Below, piece by piece: positions 37,761 to 52,300 of a DNA stretch of 64,000 nt. Position 1 is the first letter of the stretch, and each line of letters begins with the position of its first letter. The position numbers and the translations under genes were made by a program. The DNA comes from Mytilus edulis (taxonomy: Eukaryota): positions 43,276,001 to 43,340,000 of the forward strand of contig NC_092349.1 in assembly GCF_963676685.1 (NCBI RefSeq). Direction: 5' to 3'. The notes below the pieces were generated by a model. The model did no database searches and had not been told where the DNA came from. It saw only the letters and a list, made by a program, of their open reading frames with translations.

Positions 37761-40056
37761 TGGAAGATTTAAGCTTTTATAATCTCTACCATGTCCTACT
37801 CAGTGCTACATTGACTGTCTTACGTTATATCCTTTTATTTAGAAACTTTTAGAATTGAGAATGGAAAGGGAGAATGTGTCAAAGAGACAACAACCCGGTC
37901 AAAGAGCAGATAACAAACGAAGGCCACCAATGAGTCTGCAATGCAGCGAGAAAATCCCGCACCCGAAGGAGTGCTTCAGCTGGCCTCTAACAAAAATGTA
38001 TACTAGTTCAGTGATAATTGACGTCATACTAAACTCCGAAATATATAAAAGAAACTAAAATTAAAAATCTTACAAGACTAACAAAAGCCAGAGGCTCCTG
38101 ACTTGGGACAGGCGCAAAAATGCGACGGGGTTAAACATGTTTTGCATCGGTGACTGGTCATTAATTTTGTCTGTCAGACGTCTTCAAAACTCTAAACGAT
38201 TCTATTGAGATTGAAGCATATTGTAAAATCATCGTCTTTTGTACATGTATGTACACATAGACCATGCAATTTGACCTCAAAGTTAGCTGAGGAACATTTT
38301 GTTTTTACCCAAAATCAATTTTGAGAATAAAATATGACTTTTACAAATTCAAAAGAGGGGATTCTGGCATACATGTATAAACATTAGACAATAGGAGCAC
38401 TAAGGCTTTTATGTAGAATAAGAATCGAATTCTTGAAGGAATTATTAAAATATCTGACAAATAGATATCTGGAGGGATAGAACTCGAAATATTCATATTA
38501 TTTATGGATTTCTAAATGTACTGGGCGTTAAATGTTTTTAATAAATCTAAAACGTAGTTTAGGTTCATTGCATTTATGTGTCAAATAATCTGTTACAGTA
38601 ATTATACCAATGAACAATAATTACCATTAATTGATAAATTACTTTAAAATTTGTCATTTTGAATATAATAAAATTATTATATCATATTCAATATCTGTAT
38701 TTAGTAAACCTTTTCATGTTCGTAATTTTTTGTTTTTGACATGCATTCGACATCAAAGGAAGATAGTCTGGCGCCACTGCAGGGTTGTGATTTTATCATT
38801 TTAGGTATCTGTATAATTTCTGAATAAAGTCAACAGTAGTATACCGCTGTTTAAAAGTCATAAATCGATTGAGAGAATACTGCGGTATCAGCTGTAAATA
38901 AATCTTTAGCTTTTTAGACAAAGTTGGAGTCCTTGTTCTATATATCTATCTATCATTGTTTGCAAGATTATTAGCAAAATTAGTAAAAAATGATAAAAAT
39001 CATCATATACGAAAAGGGGGTTATATGTAGCTACAATAAAGAATAAGTGATGATTTTTGCATTTCTCTTGTTGGTAGATCTTGTCTTACTGCATAATCTT
39101 TTTTTTTCTTTTTAAATTAATCTTAGAAAAAACGAAAGCAAAATGTTAAAAATCAACTATTTCTCCAATGAGAAAAACGTTTCAATCTATCATAGTTGTG
39201 TAATAAGTTAATTCTCCAACATGAACTTTGCGAAAATAATCTGCTGTTCCTAAAGAGTAAGAAGTTCCTCCATTTACACTGGTTGTATTGCTGATAATAA
39301 GTAGAACTCAATAAGCAAGCCAACACTCAGCGATTGTTCATGACCAGGAAATATTGATTTTGATATGGCAGTTTATTAGAGTTATACTACTTAGCAAAAT
39401 TACTGGGCCAGTGAGAGTAAGTCTGTTGTTTCTATAATCTGTTTGGAGAACTTACAAAATGTATTTGTGATTTCGTCATTTTTCGTTTTTGTTTCTTTTT
39501 GTCATGGCGTTGACAAGTTCGTTTTGAATGTCCCCTTGGTATCAACTGTCTTTTTTTTTTTACAGTGAATATGAATGAAACCCAAAAAGAAATACAAAAT
39601 CGAAATATCAAATATGATCTTGTTTAATTTACCAACGTTTTTTTGCAACGGCAATGCAAACGTGACAGTTATTGCAATGAATTGTGATTTATTCAAATTA
39701 TTTACAGGAACATAAATAACCAACACTGTTACGCTAAGTTTTCTCGTACCCAAACATTAAGAAAGTAAAACATAAGCATTCACTTAAACGTAATTTATAG
39801 ACTGAAGAAAACTCAAAAGCCAAGCTATAAAAATGTTATTCTTTTTTCCACATATTCTTGCAAGATATCAAGTATTTGACTCGTCATTCAAGTTTAAAAA
39901 TTACGCCTGACAAAAATATCACATCACAGCAACTTTCAAACTCAAGCCAAGGAAACAGTCGGTACTTCAGTGTGTGAAATGGAGCATGCAACGACCAAAT
40001 GTTCAGTTGTTTGCCCTTGACTGGCAAATTTAAATAAAACACATAAGAAGAAACAT

Positions 40057-42777
40057 TTATTTCAATTTGAAAATTGTGACACAGGAATGAGGATTTCCAT
40101 ACACGTACATTTGGTTTGCAGCCTTGATGACGATAGTATCTCCGGCCTCGAGATGTGCAGCCTGTACAGAAGTTCCGGTAGCGTAATGACTTCTGGCGCC
40201 AAATGCGTCACTTCCTTTTATGTAGACATGCGTGAGTTGTTTTTCATTTTTAAGAATGTAGAATGATGCAAACTGGGAATAAGACATAATGTAGACGGAA
40301 ACAAAATATAATCCCGGAATCTCACAGGTGTAAACTCCACTACTTGAGAACGTACTCAAGCTAGAAATTCCTGCTGAACTAATAGTATGTGGGAAGTGAA
40401 TTACGTCTCCTTGTGAGTAACTGCCATTAGCTGCACACGAGCTCAATGCAACTGAAAAATACGCATTTTTAGAAAAAAAAAGTTTCTAGAAAATTTTATG
40501 TTATATTGTTTGTCTATTCATAATAAATTAAAATTGTATTTTGGAAAAAAAAACATTAAAAGAAAAAAATTGATTGACAAGATTAAAATATTAATTCACC
40601 GTGTTGCTTCTTTCGTCGGTCATATTTTGATGTTAATTTGCTTTTATTTATACTCATATCTTTTTTTTAAATTCTTAAACGCTTTTATATTTTTTTTTCA
40701 TTGTGAACAAGACAATAACAATCAAAACCAAGGAGTAATCGAAGACTCACAAAACCAAGGGACATTTACATCAGCAGCTATAAATAATAATAGAAAGAAA
40801 CAACACGAACTCCACTAAAAACCGAGAGTGAAATCAGGTGCTCCGGAAAGGTAAGCATTTTATGCACCTTATACGACACCCGTCTTGTTAGTTCTTTGTT
40901 CATCTCGGTAATGATGGAAGGTTATTATGACTGAGGAAGAATACCAGATATGATTTCTGACACACTTTTGTCATAATGGTCAATCAGCTCATGATGGCGA
41001 CTTTAAAATTTCTTGAGTGATGACCTTAATTTGATTGATACAATTTACATTACTTTAACTGTGTACGATACTCCAATTTTAGAATGAAGCAATTCAATAT
41101 ATTGTCACCTAATATTATTTTGTTTGTTTTTCGATCGTGTAATTGCTTTATAGACGTCAAAGTCGTGAAATCCTCCCGTCGACGTTTCCTGTTTTCGCTT
41201 TTATTTGCAGGGAAGCAGTACCAATCTTTCTGCTAATATGATCACTACAAACCTGTATGATTTAACTCTGCAATCTCGTTTTCAATATGATCTGTAGTCT
41301 CGTTTTGGAGTTTGGTGAGGTTCCCTACTCTTGATTCAATACCTGGTATTGTAGATTTTATGATGTTACTGTTATCTTGGACTAAAAATAAATAGGTGCT
41401 TACATAAAAATGGTATTCTTAATTTTAAATATCTTTTGAGATTGTATATACGAGTCATAAATCTTCCGTGATATCATTTGCAATACATATGACTATTTCA
41501 AATACGATTGATTGTGAGTTGCTTAACGTCCAGTGGCAAATATTTCATGCATGTTCAGGACGATTTTCATATACGAAGTTAAGAAATAAATTGTGAAAGT
41601 TTATGAACATATGAATGTTTATTAACATGTGAATGCTGATTCCAAACTATTGCAAAACAAAATTGGTCCCAAGCGTTCTTAGTAAAGTATATATAACTCA
41701 GAGTTTGTGTGGGCCTAAGGAGATGGGGAGGTTTTTTATTATCTAGCAAGGTTTAAACCACAGCCTTTACATAGATAAAAATAAATGTATTTGAATTGAC
41801 GGAATAATTTGACGGACTCACAGACTAGAATATATATAACAAAATACTCAGAGACTTTATCAGAACACACAACAAGCCAATTTTAACAGAAGAATTCCAG
41901 AATTTAAAGCTTCATGACTAGCTTTCTGGAATGTTTTCACTGACACTGATAATTTTATTGTTTTCTTGTTAAAACTTCACAAATTAAAACTTAATACGCA
42001 AAACAAATTAGAGAAGTACAATACTGGTAGAATTATTTCAATATTTTTAAATGACGATCATTTACCCTGAAAATTAAACGACCAATGTGAGTAAAGTATA
42101 CTCATACAGTACATACCAGTAACGTTTAAAATCTTAATCTGATCTTCAATGAAATGGTACGCTGAGCGTGGAAATAATTGATCGTCGCTGCAACTCTTAT
42201 TCAGCTCATTTATACGTGTGTTAGCCGCTTTTATCTCAGCCTGTAAATTTGTCACATATATGCTACTGTTTTTGATATGATCTACCAATGGTGCAATTTT
42301 TGACGCGACTACGGTAACCTCGTTCTGAAGATGTCCGACGGTAACTAAGTTCATCATACTGTCTGAATGTTTCAAAACAATTAAGTCGTCGTTTACTTTT
42401 TGAGTTGCATTTTGGCATGCACCAAGGTCAGATCGAAGCTGTCTATTTTCTGCACGTATGTCGTAAATTTCTTCTTTAAGTGTCATCAAAATCTGTTTAA
42501 AAACGGCGGATTCACTTCTTAGGTTCTGCATCTCTTGCTCGCGTTTAATATCCATCCGCTTTGTAATCTGTATTTCGTTTTTCAAAACGGCAAATTCATT
42601 ATCAAGATTTAGTAAATATCTTTCCAGATGAATCCTTGTTGTATTTTCTTCGGAAATAATATCCGTTATCGAAAAATCATGCGTACGCTTTAACTTGGTT
42701 GAATGCATTGACAAATCTCCATTTAAAAATGAAAAACATGCTAAAATTAACAATGCTATAACACTTTCTGAAGTCAT
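40057..42777 (-). CDS. Secreted C1q-domain-containing protein with N-terminal coiled coil (~394 aa)
   Basis: Exons 42777-42117, 41381-41253 and 40451-40057, joined by two phase-1 GT/AG introns, total 1185 nt in frame. Signal peptide MTSESVIALLILACFSFLNG; heptad-rich stalk; gC1q motifs VALSSC, GDVIHFP, SGVYTCEIPGLYFVS, HLEAGDTI, HSCVTIFKL. Confidence 0.9.
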
Positions 42778-43877
42778 AACGCATAAATATTCGTACAAAA
42801 AAATGATGTCCTTACGAAATTAAATTTCACTTGTGGTTTAATTTATAGAATATATTCTTATCAAAATAAGGAAACTGCAGCAAAATTCAAAAGAAGCACG
42901 TCAACTACTTTTGATTGGTCTATTTTTTAATCTTCCGTGACATGTTCCAGTTATGTCAAACTGATATATTCACACGCCCTATATACAACATAATATAGCT
43001 TTATCTAATTTTTGTATATGGTGTACTCACCTGAATAAAAGTCGAAAAATGAATAATGGACCAGTACTTCAGTGTTGTATAAAAGTCACTGTGGTTAATA
43101 TACTTCGAAAGAGTGAGACTTATAATTCTCTATTCTTAAAAACTTGTGTGAGTGTGTGAATTTAAATTAATTTGTTTTTGTGTTTGTGTGTGCATAATTA
43201 TTAAATAAGATTATCATTGACTTTGTTCTGAAAGTTGTAACATAACTTTTGTACTGACAGATCTGGTGTTTTTCTTTTTTTACACTTTTACTAAGAAGAA
43301 AATAAAACAAAATTGAGATATTGTTCTGTTGTACAAGTCGTAATTCTTTCCATAAATTTCTTGATGCATGCGTTTAGCGTATTACATCTTTCCTACTTAG
43401 ACTAAGATGTCATGTATAATTATAGTAATATATCTTGTTGTTTGTTGTTGTAATTATACTGAGTTTTCTCCTGTAGCTGTTATAACATTGCTGGGACTGG
43501 TTTATATGATAATTTTTCTATGAACAATCAATGTGTGATCCAGGAATGAAAGAACGTCTGCTTGACAAGTTGTATCATTGATACAACCAAAGGTTGACTT
43601 TTTTTTTTACTTAGGTATACGGATAAGGCCAACGTTCTCCCTACTGGCATTACCATGTAGGCTAAGAAACGGTCGGTGCGTTATGCGGTGTGTTTAATTT
43701 TCAGAGCTAGTTTAACTTTTGAAAGTTTAATGGCGGTTGTATTATTGGCATAGCTATAAAACTTGTTTATTTTGCTTTCTTTTAAATGGTTCAAATATTT
43801 TCCATTGGACGTCCAGCAAACAGCAGTCAAGCAAACGATATTACATTAAACTCACAATAAATAAACATCGGTATATA

Positions 43878-45282
43878 TGTCGTGTACATTTTATTATTTT
43901 GTACAGGTTATTACTTGTACAAAATTTTCATACAAGTAATTACTTGTATGACCCCATCATACAGGTTATTACTTGTATAAATATAATTGTACAAGTAATA
44001 ACCTGTACAAATTTTGTGGAGAAAAAGATAATAACTTGTACAACTCATTATCTTTCGTATTTTTTGAAATTTATATTGTGTTTGTTTTTTTGTTTATCAG
44101 TATTATTGTTGAAATGTTAGAAGTTTACAGATGAACGAAGGACGCAAAGTAATGACATAAGCTCATGTGACATCTTATGCAAATTTAGCTAAACAGCTAG
44201 ATTCCACGTCAATACGGACTTCTGGTGCAAAGTGACATGGTCGTTAAACGCAAAAATAAATTGGTACCCTTCATTCATTTATTTCAGCTCTGGCCAAATG
44301 AGTTTAACATGTTTAAGTTCTGTAATTACAATAGCCGTAAATTCCCTTCCATTATCACTTTGCAGTATATGTGGAGATCCCATAAGTAGAAAAAAGTGGC
44401 CCTGGTAGTGCATGATCCACTTGTATTCTCCATTTGGAAATGACTGATAGTCAACAAGGTCTACTTGACAACGGGAATTAAAGTCTGTAGAAGTGATAGG
44501 ACGAACAACTAATTTTGTGGTTGCAGTACGACTTTTCTTCAAAATACATTGTTCACACATCTGAATGAAAATTCTGATAAATTCTCTGCTGATATTGGCA
44601 AATTGTTTTATTAACTCCTTGTATGTCTTGTGGATGCCTCCATGGCCAATTCCAGAATGTGCAGTTCTAATGTTAATGGATAAAGTTCATCTACTGTACA
44701 ATAGTAAAAAAAAAATGTCGCCTTTGCGAATGAGTTTTTCAATGCCTGCTACACTCAAAATATCATATTGCCTTAAGAAATATCTTTGAAGAGCAGTCTT
44801 TTTGGAACTTAATTTTGCTTTCTTTACATTCCCAATAGTCTCTCTGTATCTTTCACGTGTAAATAATGAATTATTAGAAGAATTATTATTGTCATCACAC
44901 AATTTAATTATTTCATCATTAAATTTCTTTTCTATACTGTTTTCCATCTCTGCACTTTAGTTTTGACTACTTAAATGAACAGTTTTGCTCATATACTTGA
45001 TATGTTAAATGTACTCACATATTGAGAGTTTATAACTTTAGGCAAAGTAATGAATTATATGTTAAAAGGGAAACAATTTGTTGTGAACTTCAAATAGGCC
45101 AATATAAAATAATGATTTGTACAAGTTATTATCTTTTTCTCCACAAAATTTGTACAGGTTATTACTTGTACAATTATATTTATACAAGTAATAACCTGTA
45201 TGATGGCATCATACAAGTAATTACTTGTATGAAAATTTTGTACAAGTAATAACCTGTACAAAATAATAACATGTACACGACA
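43878..45282 (-). mobile_element. Ginger2/TDD-like integrase DNA transposon (KRBA2/SCAND3-like), internally deleted
   Basis: TGT...ACA termini; ~170-bp near-perfect TIRs (43878-44050 and 45110-45282); TATA TSD (43874-43877 and 45283-45286); integrase remnants inside. Confidence 0.88.
44279..44947 (-). pseudogene. Integrase-like transposase remnant (HHCC zinc finger + partial rve core)
   Basis: HSGIGHGG..CEQC, PITSTDFNSRCQVDLVD, YKWIMHYQGHF, PHILQSDNGREF, IWPELK. Frameshifted, missing the segment between the first two catalytic blocks and the C-terminus. Confidence 0.85.
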
Positions 45283-47763
45283 TATACATTTAATTTTGTT
45301 TGCTAAATCCACTGGCATATATGTCTGGCATATCTATGTCAATTGGTGTATATAAATAGAAAGTGAAGTCGAACCAAACACAGTCACCAACAATTTACAA
45401 TGTCACGTGTTAATTTTCACTGCAACTGAAGTCGGCATATTGAATCAAGCATATAGAAAATGTAAACTTTGAGAAGAGAAGTAATTGTAGCCCTCGTTTT
45501 CACTTTTATAAGGTTTCAACATCCAATTGGTATGCAACATTCATTCGGTCATGACAAAAGCTGTAAGATTGACACCAGCTGTGTCATAGTTCTTATTATA
45601 TTATCAAAGAGGTCGTCCTTGTATTCATATGCAAGACATTCAGGTCAGGACATATAGTTTCATATTGTCATAAAACAAGTGCAGGTCAGTATATCGGTAT
45701 TCTATGTAAGGCCGTATCAGACTGTTATAATAGGGAACGAATAATCATGGTATCACTGTAAATTTGCACAAACTAACAAAAAAATTACGATGCAATGAAA
45801 AAGGGGTCAATAAGACAACAATCCAACGACAGAAAAACAAAAGATGTATATTGTGGTTAGCAAAACTGATATGGTTTTCAAATTATAGTCATGTGTCTTA
45901 AAATGCTCGAAAAGGGTGGCTATAATCTTGATTGCCATGGCTGCTCAAAATGGCTGCCAGCTTGAGTCTGTGTTTATGTTTTATAAATCGACATGGAACT
46001 GAATATAGGTAGGAATGAATTATGCAGACACCATTCTCTAAATAATTAAACTAAATGCTAACTTTGAATGCGCATGAAGATGGTAACCATTCAAACCCTA
46101 CCCATTTTAAATTCGTTTGTGGACTTACAAAAGGGTACAAAAAAGGATAAACGATAGAATCAGTTCAGAAAAAAACAAACATACGTACGTGTATTATAAA
46201 TGTATGACAAAAAAACCCAAGTACACATAAAACAGTAATAAATAATGCCATGCAATGTAGCAACGAATAGCACAGTTTCTCAAAGCAATCAATTGTAATG
46301 CTTATTCTAGACGAATTAACAAACTTAGTACCATTAAGCATGACATGACCATATTTTTAAAATGCGTATCATGTTCATAATTTCATTTCAGCTTTTCAGT
46401 AAAGTATTTTAAAACTCTCTCATAAATAACTATATTAGCAGTAATTATACCTGTAATATTCCAAGTTTTATATAAAAAAAAAGACGATTTGGTACAATTG
46501 CCAATGCAACAACTCTGCGATCATCGGTCTTATGGCTACCGTTAACCTATTCCCAAGCCTGTAAAAATTTCGGTGGAACAAGTCATTTATTCTACTTTTT
46601 TCCAGAGTTTGTTCTTTGTTATTTTTTATTAACAAGTTAAGCTTAATCCAATAGACGGCACTGAATTATACCTTTCTAAAAATTGAGATTGGAAATGATG
46701 AATATGTCAAAGAGACAACAACCTGACCATAGAGCAGACAACAGCCGAAGGCCACCAATGGGTCTTCAATGCAGCGAGAAACACCCGCACCCGGAGGAGT
46801 CCTCCAGCTGTATATAACAAATATTATATGTAAACTAGTTCAGTGATAATAGCCGTCATACTTAACTCCGAATTATACACAAGAAACTAAAATTAAAAAT
46901 AATACAAGACTAACAAAGGGCAGAGGCTCCTGAGTTTGGACAGGCGCAAAAATTCGGCAGGGTTAAACATGTTTAGAAATTTAAAATGTTATACTCTCGT
47001 GACAAATACAATGGTACGGACCAGCTAGAATTAAAGTATGCTAAGCTTTTTTATATAGTATATACTGTATATTATGGAACAGCTTAAAAGGCACAAAACC
47101 ACGTACATTGCTATAATATCAATACAAGCCGGCATTCTTATCAGTATATCATCGATGAAAGGCTTCAAGTAAAAGTTTATCCATTAATCTGGACTAAAGT
47201 GATAATCTGTAATTAAAAAATAAAGATGTTTTTTACCATTATACTAGTTTGTTTTGGGTGGTTGCTGCAAACAGTTCAATTGTTCCGTGTTGTTATTTTT
47301 ATTTAATTATTTTTTTACATTTCATCTCAATAATTATCTATCTTATTTTTCACATCCCTGTAAGATCACAACAAGTGCATATCATGTGCAAATACTAAAA
47401 CACAGTAGGTAGCAGTTTACCCTACTTTAACGGAAGCCATATACACCTTTATCACGAAGGTCATTGATCTTCAATGAACTGGCAAGAACCCGTTGTCTTT
47501 ATAAGTGGTACTTATCTCAATAAATTCTATCACGTGATTAAAAGTACTTATGTCAAGGATACTAACAGCTTGACTTATGTTAGTTAAAGTAAGATTACTG
47601 ATATGCACTTGTAAACAGGATAAGAAATGGAGAGATGGAAAAATATCTCGAAAGAGAAATTTGAAAAAAGTTTCAGATGTGAAAATGTATTTTTAACTTC
47701 TATTACATTTGGTCTCTGTTGGAGAGTTGTCTAATTTTCAACCACACTTTCTCGTTTATATAT

Positions 47764-47930
47764 GTCGAGTGGTTTAGGGCGACCGACACGGTGCAGGAGT
47801 AGTCTTAGAGCGTTAGACAGTGTTTTCCTCGATACCATAACAGCATGAGTTCGAATACTGTCGAGGGAAAACACACATTTACTTTGGCAAATTTGCAGAT
47901 TTAACATTGGTGTGCTGATATTTAGAGTAA
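47764..47930 (+). mobile_element. Degenerate tRNA-derived SINE
   Basis: A-box-like gtcgagtggtttag / gagtagtcttagagcg and B-box-like gagttcgaatac; no cloverleaf. Confidence 0.45.
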
Positions 47931-49336
47931 TTATGAATATAATAAAATATATTGTTAACTTATTTTAAAATATCCTTTAGTAAAACAAAAGAAAACACTA
48001 GGTAAAATTTAGCAAATTTGATATGTTCAGAAAAATATTCAACACCTAAAATAATTTTAAACTAAAAATATAAAACATACCGCTTAGTGATTCAGATGCT
48101 ATTTTCACTTTTTAAAAAGTTACACACAATATTTGATAATCATGAAAATAAACGGTAATATATAAGTACATCTTCTTGCGTGAGCAACGTGAAAGGATTG
48201 GCTTATACCCTAAGGCTTTCGGATTTTCTGAGAATTCTTTGATTTGCTTTTTTTTTTTTGCTTCATAGTTTAAGGTATGAATAATCAAACTAAAAATCGA
48301 AATTACAGTATATATTTATTGAATAAGTCAGTGTCATCATACAAAAATCATGTGCCGGGTAATGCACAGAAAAGTGACGAAAACACTATAACCCCAAACG
48401 TTTATAAGATTGATAAAAAAATTCTGAAAAGATTTAGGTTTCAATAATAAAAATCGTTCAATGAACACGAAAAACACAATGCATGTAATTCATCAACTAA
48501 TGATATATTATAAATGCTTAAAATATGTGTACATTTTAGTTTACAACATAAAATGTATGTCAAAGGTCATATGGAACTAGCTGTGACTTTGCATAAACAT
48601 GTACGGTGGAGGTTTAATCACACGCTGCATAAAAAAACTATACCACGTGGCTCCTGTAATGCATAATATTATGGGTATATAAAAAACATCATAGAGTATT
48701 CAACACAGTGACTGTAATCCTAATTTACTTACATTTATTTTGCACCTACTGAGATAAATGAGCTTTTGATTAAGTGGATATTTTTTTAGCATTCGAAGAA
48801 CTCTTATCATGTTATGTATGCAAGTACATTTGTAACACTACAGTTTTGGTCAGATTGTGACAGTTCTGTCGTAATTTATTTCGCTTTTAAAAGCTACAAG
48901 AGGATCGCATATTAAGCAGCTAGTAGTCTTTCAGGGAATTTCAAACTTTTAATTTAATTTGCTTTATCTATAAGTCAATGTCACATATTCTTTTTATATA
49001 TGTTTAAATTTGGAATTTGAAAGCTATTCGGATCTTTAGTTTTCTTTCGTGGAGAGCAGACACACAACAATCTGTCCGCGGACGCGACAGCAACAGACAG
49101 TGTTAGTCCTGTATTTGTAGGGCTGTAAAAATGAGCTAACTAACGGTGCTTGTTCGGCAATAATTATGTAATAAAAATCAACAACAGCTTATCCGATTTT
49201 TCATGACCTACTGTGTTGGATTTAAAATACAAATTTCAATACACTATCAACATGCGATATTGATAAGCACAAAGAGTTGAACTATTGACCGCATTTGTGC
49301 CAGTTAATTTAATTCAATACACGTGTTTTGTTAAAA

Positions 49337-52300
49337 ATGATACGAGAAAAAGTGGCGTGGTTCTTACGAAATTTATGGGCAGTGAGGAATATTATCATCG
49401 TTTTTATTGCATTCGTTGCACCAATAAATTTGGCAATCGGAGACAGCAAGGTTAGTCATTTCACTATTATATATCCTTTGATTTTTGATACCTTCGAGCT
49501 CAGTTAAATTATTTGTTTAGTAAACAAAGGGTTGTCTGTATTCAAATTTTAAAACGGATATGGCAAATGTGAGAATAGTTATCAGAGAGTAAGTATATTC
49601 TATACTGTTTAGTGTTGCAACTTATAAATTTCGTTTTCAGCAAACTCATTTGAAAAAATAAAAGACGATGTTTATAATTCAAAATTATTTAATCACAAAC
49701 GTGATAGGATTCAATATCAGATCGATACATTTGCAGTTAAGATGAACTGTTCGAGTTTGTTTACTCGGTGACGTCCAGTTTAATTTATTGTTTGTTTAGA
49801 TGAAGAAAAAAAGTACAGCTGTTTTACTTCTTGTCGTTTTTTTTATTTGTTTACTTTGAGTTATAATTAATAAAAGGCATCTGCTTTCAATTTACAAAAA
49901 GTTGATTTTCAAACATAAACTAGCTATGATATGGATATTTATGTACGTTACAGTATTCTCGTCCTAGTATTTATGAAATCTTTGTCTCTGGATGCAAATT
50001 TACCAGCAATCAATAACAAAACATAAATGTTGTTTGTTTATACCATGTATACTAGAAACTTTGTATACCATTGATTGTATGTAAACATAGAAGGTCATAC
50101 AGCATGTGTTGCCAAACATAATCATTATGATTGAATGGCCTGTAACATTTGTTCTTTATGAAACAATGATCTTATGATATGAGGTATTTATAGATCATAT
50201 ATAACATAAGTAATGCCATCTACATTTCTTAAGCATATCCAAAGATCCATGCATATAATCATGATANNNNNNNNNNNNNNNNNNNNNNNNNNNNNNNNNN
50301 NNNNNNNNNNNNNNNNNNNNNNNNNNNNNNNNNNNNNNNNNNNNNNNNNNNNNNNNNNNNNNNNNNGTCTATGGGTTCGTCCTTTTGGCGCAATTTTCTT
50401 TTTCCTCTTCTGTCTATGTATGAATGAATATCAAATAAAAGCGATTTAACATTGTATGAACAATTAAATCGGATTCAACAATATAAATTTGCACATGATG
50501 GATGGTGAATAACTGCGTCCGTGCCCAAAATACACGTGCAATAAAAATGCATTAAAAGTACCCAATGCTACCCTCTTTTGAGATTACGTATACATAACCC
50601 TAGATTTTTAACCCCTTACACAAGGATAACGCAGATAGTTGTCTTATCACCAGCTTCATTACAATTAATGTCAAGATCTTTTCTGCGTTATTGTTCTGTA
50701 TGATATATTTGTGTCATCTTTTATATGCATCTACATGTAATTGTATGTCAGCGATGCATGTCAGGTTTATAACCTTCGCCGATTTACTTGCACCTGTTTG
50801 GTACAGTATGCTCTTCATGTGCGAATAACTCCGTCAAGCGATTGTCCAAGAATGTTGAATTGCGCCTTTTATTTGATGTCGTGTCCACAAAACGTCTTGG
50901 GGTTAATTGCATCAAAAACGAAGTCGATGACTCCGTATTTATTTGATACATGTATTAATCTAGCGAAAATATATACAGCAGCACCTTTTGAACTTTTTCT
51001 ACTGCAAATTTATGGATATCACAATTTGAAGATAAATGCAGGAACAAATTACACCGATTTTACCGTGCATTCTATACGAATGCGCATCTGTCTTAAAAAA
51101 ACATTCTATTATATTTCCGAAAAAAATTAAATAAAATTTAGAATGGAAATGGGGAATGTGTCAAAGCGACAACAACCCGACCATAGAGCAGACAACAGCC
51201 GAAGAAATGCACAATTTCAAAAAGATCTGCGAGTTTGAGATGACCTTTACTTTAATTTGACCTTAAACGAATGAAATTAAAAAAACTCAACACAACAACG
51301 CAACTAGTGAAGCAGAAATCTGATCAGTTCCGGAGCAGTTGAGATCATACCCAGTTTTTCGAAGATTTGATCATGTTGTCTTATCTTAAGTTTGTGATAA
51401 TGTTTTGATGACTGTAGTTTGTTCGTTCCTTTTTTGTCTGTCTTTTGTTGTTTTTTAATACCATATAGTATTACCGTAACTTTTCAGTATGAATGCGCAA
51501 ATCAAATTTTTGAGAAGTCACGGGATTTTATAATGTTGAGAATGTTTTTATTTGCTAGCCAAATGGTGTTGTTAAGAGCTTATTTCACTTTGAGAGATTT
51601 ATAACAGTTCACTAAAAAATTAAGAAGAAAGCACGCAGTAGAAAATGCATATATAAACACCTGAATAGTTAACTGATTGCTTTTTCATTTGAATTCATTT
51701 TGAAAACGGAAACGGGAAAGGCGCAAAAATGTGGCGGGGTTAAAAATGTTTTGTGCTCTTTTTTGCGCATTTCATAAAATTTGAACCTGAGTGTGTTAAT
51801 GCAAAAGAATAACAAGAACTTTGTATCGTTGACTTATAGCTGTTTACGATATAACAGCGACAATTATGTGCGCAACTGAGGTTCTGATCAACGACTTCTC
51901 AAGTATAAGCATGTCATTAATTACGTTGATATAATAAGAACTGCAAAAAACAACAGTAACAAAGAGTGCTAAGGTCAATGTATCTTATTATACATCTAGA
52001 TCACTAATCTTTATCTTTTGTTCTACATTAATTAAGCGTCAACACAGAATTCATGCAATTTTCACAAACATGCACATTTGTCGCATCAAGTTATCAGAAA
52101 TAGATACTTGCTTGATTCGTAACTTTTTAAAAAAAAATTCCTCTATCTTGCAAACATCATCGCTAGAACAAGTCTCAAAACTAATGCCTCTAGGCTAGCT
52201 GGAAAAGGTATTTTGAAAAGAAAACTTTTTTAGGTTTCATTATCACTATGCTGCGAACGGTTTATAGAACAGAAACCAGCAGAATAAATGTATACTTTCT

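Noticed and set aside
43737-45318. Similar ORFs 43737-44120 (+) and 45055-45318 (-)
   Set aside because: They are translations of the two TIRs of the Ginger2-like element, not genes.
47764-47930. Possible tRNA gene
   Set aside because: A/B-box-like motifs only; no acceptor or anticodon stems, so it is treated as a SINE head.
50741-51130. 129-aa ORF in SLC13 intron 1, and similar motif-less ORFs such as 27964-28410 and 29031-29357
   Set aside because: No recognisable domains or convincing exon structure; several overlap repeats.
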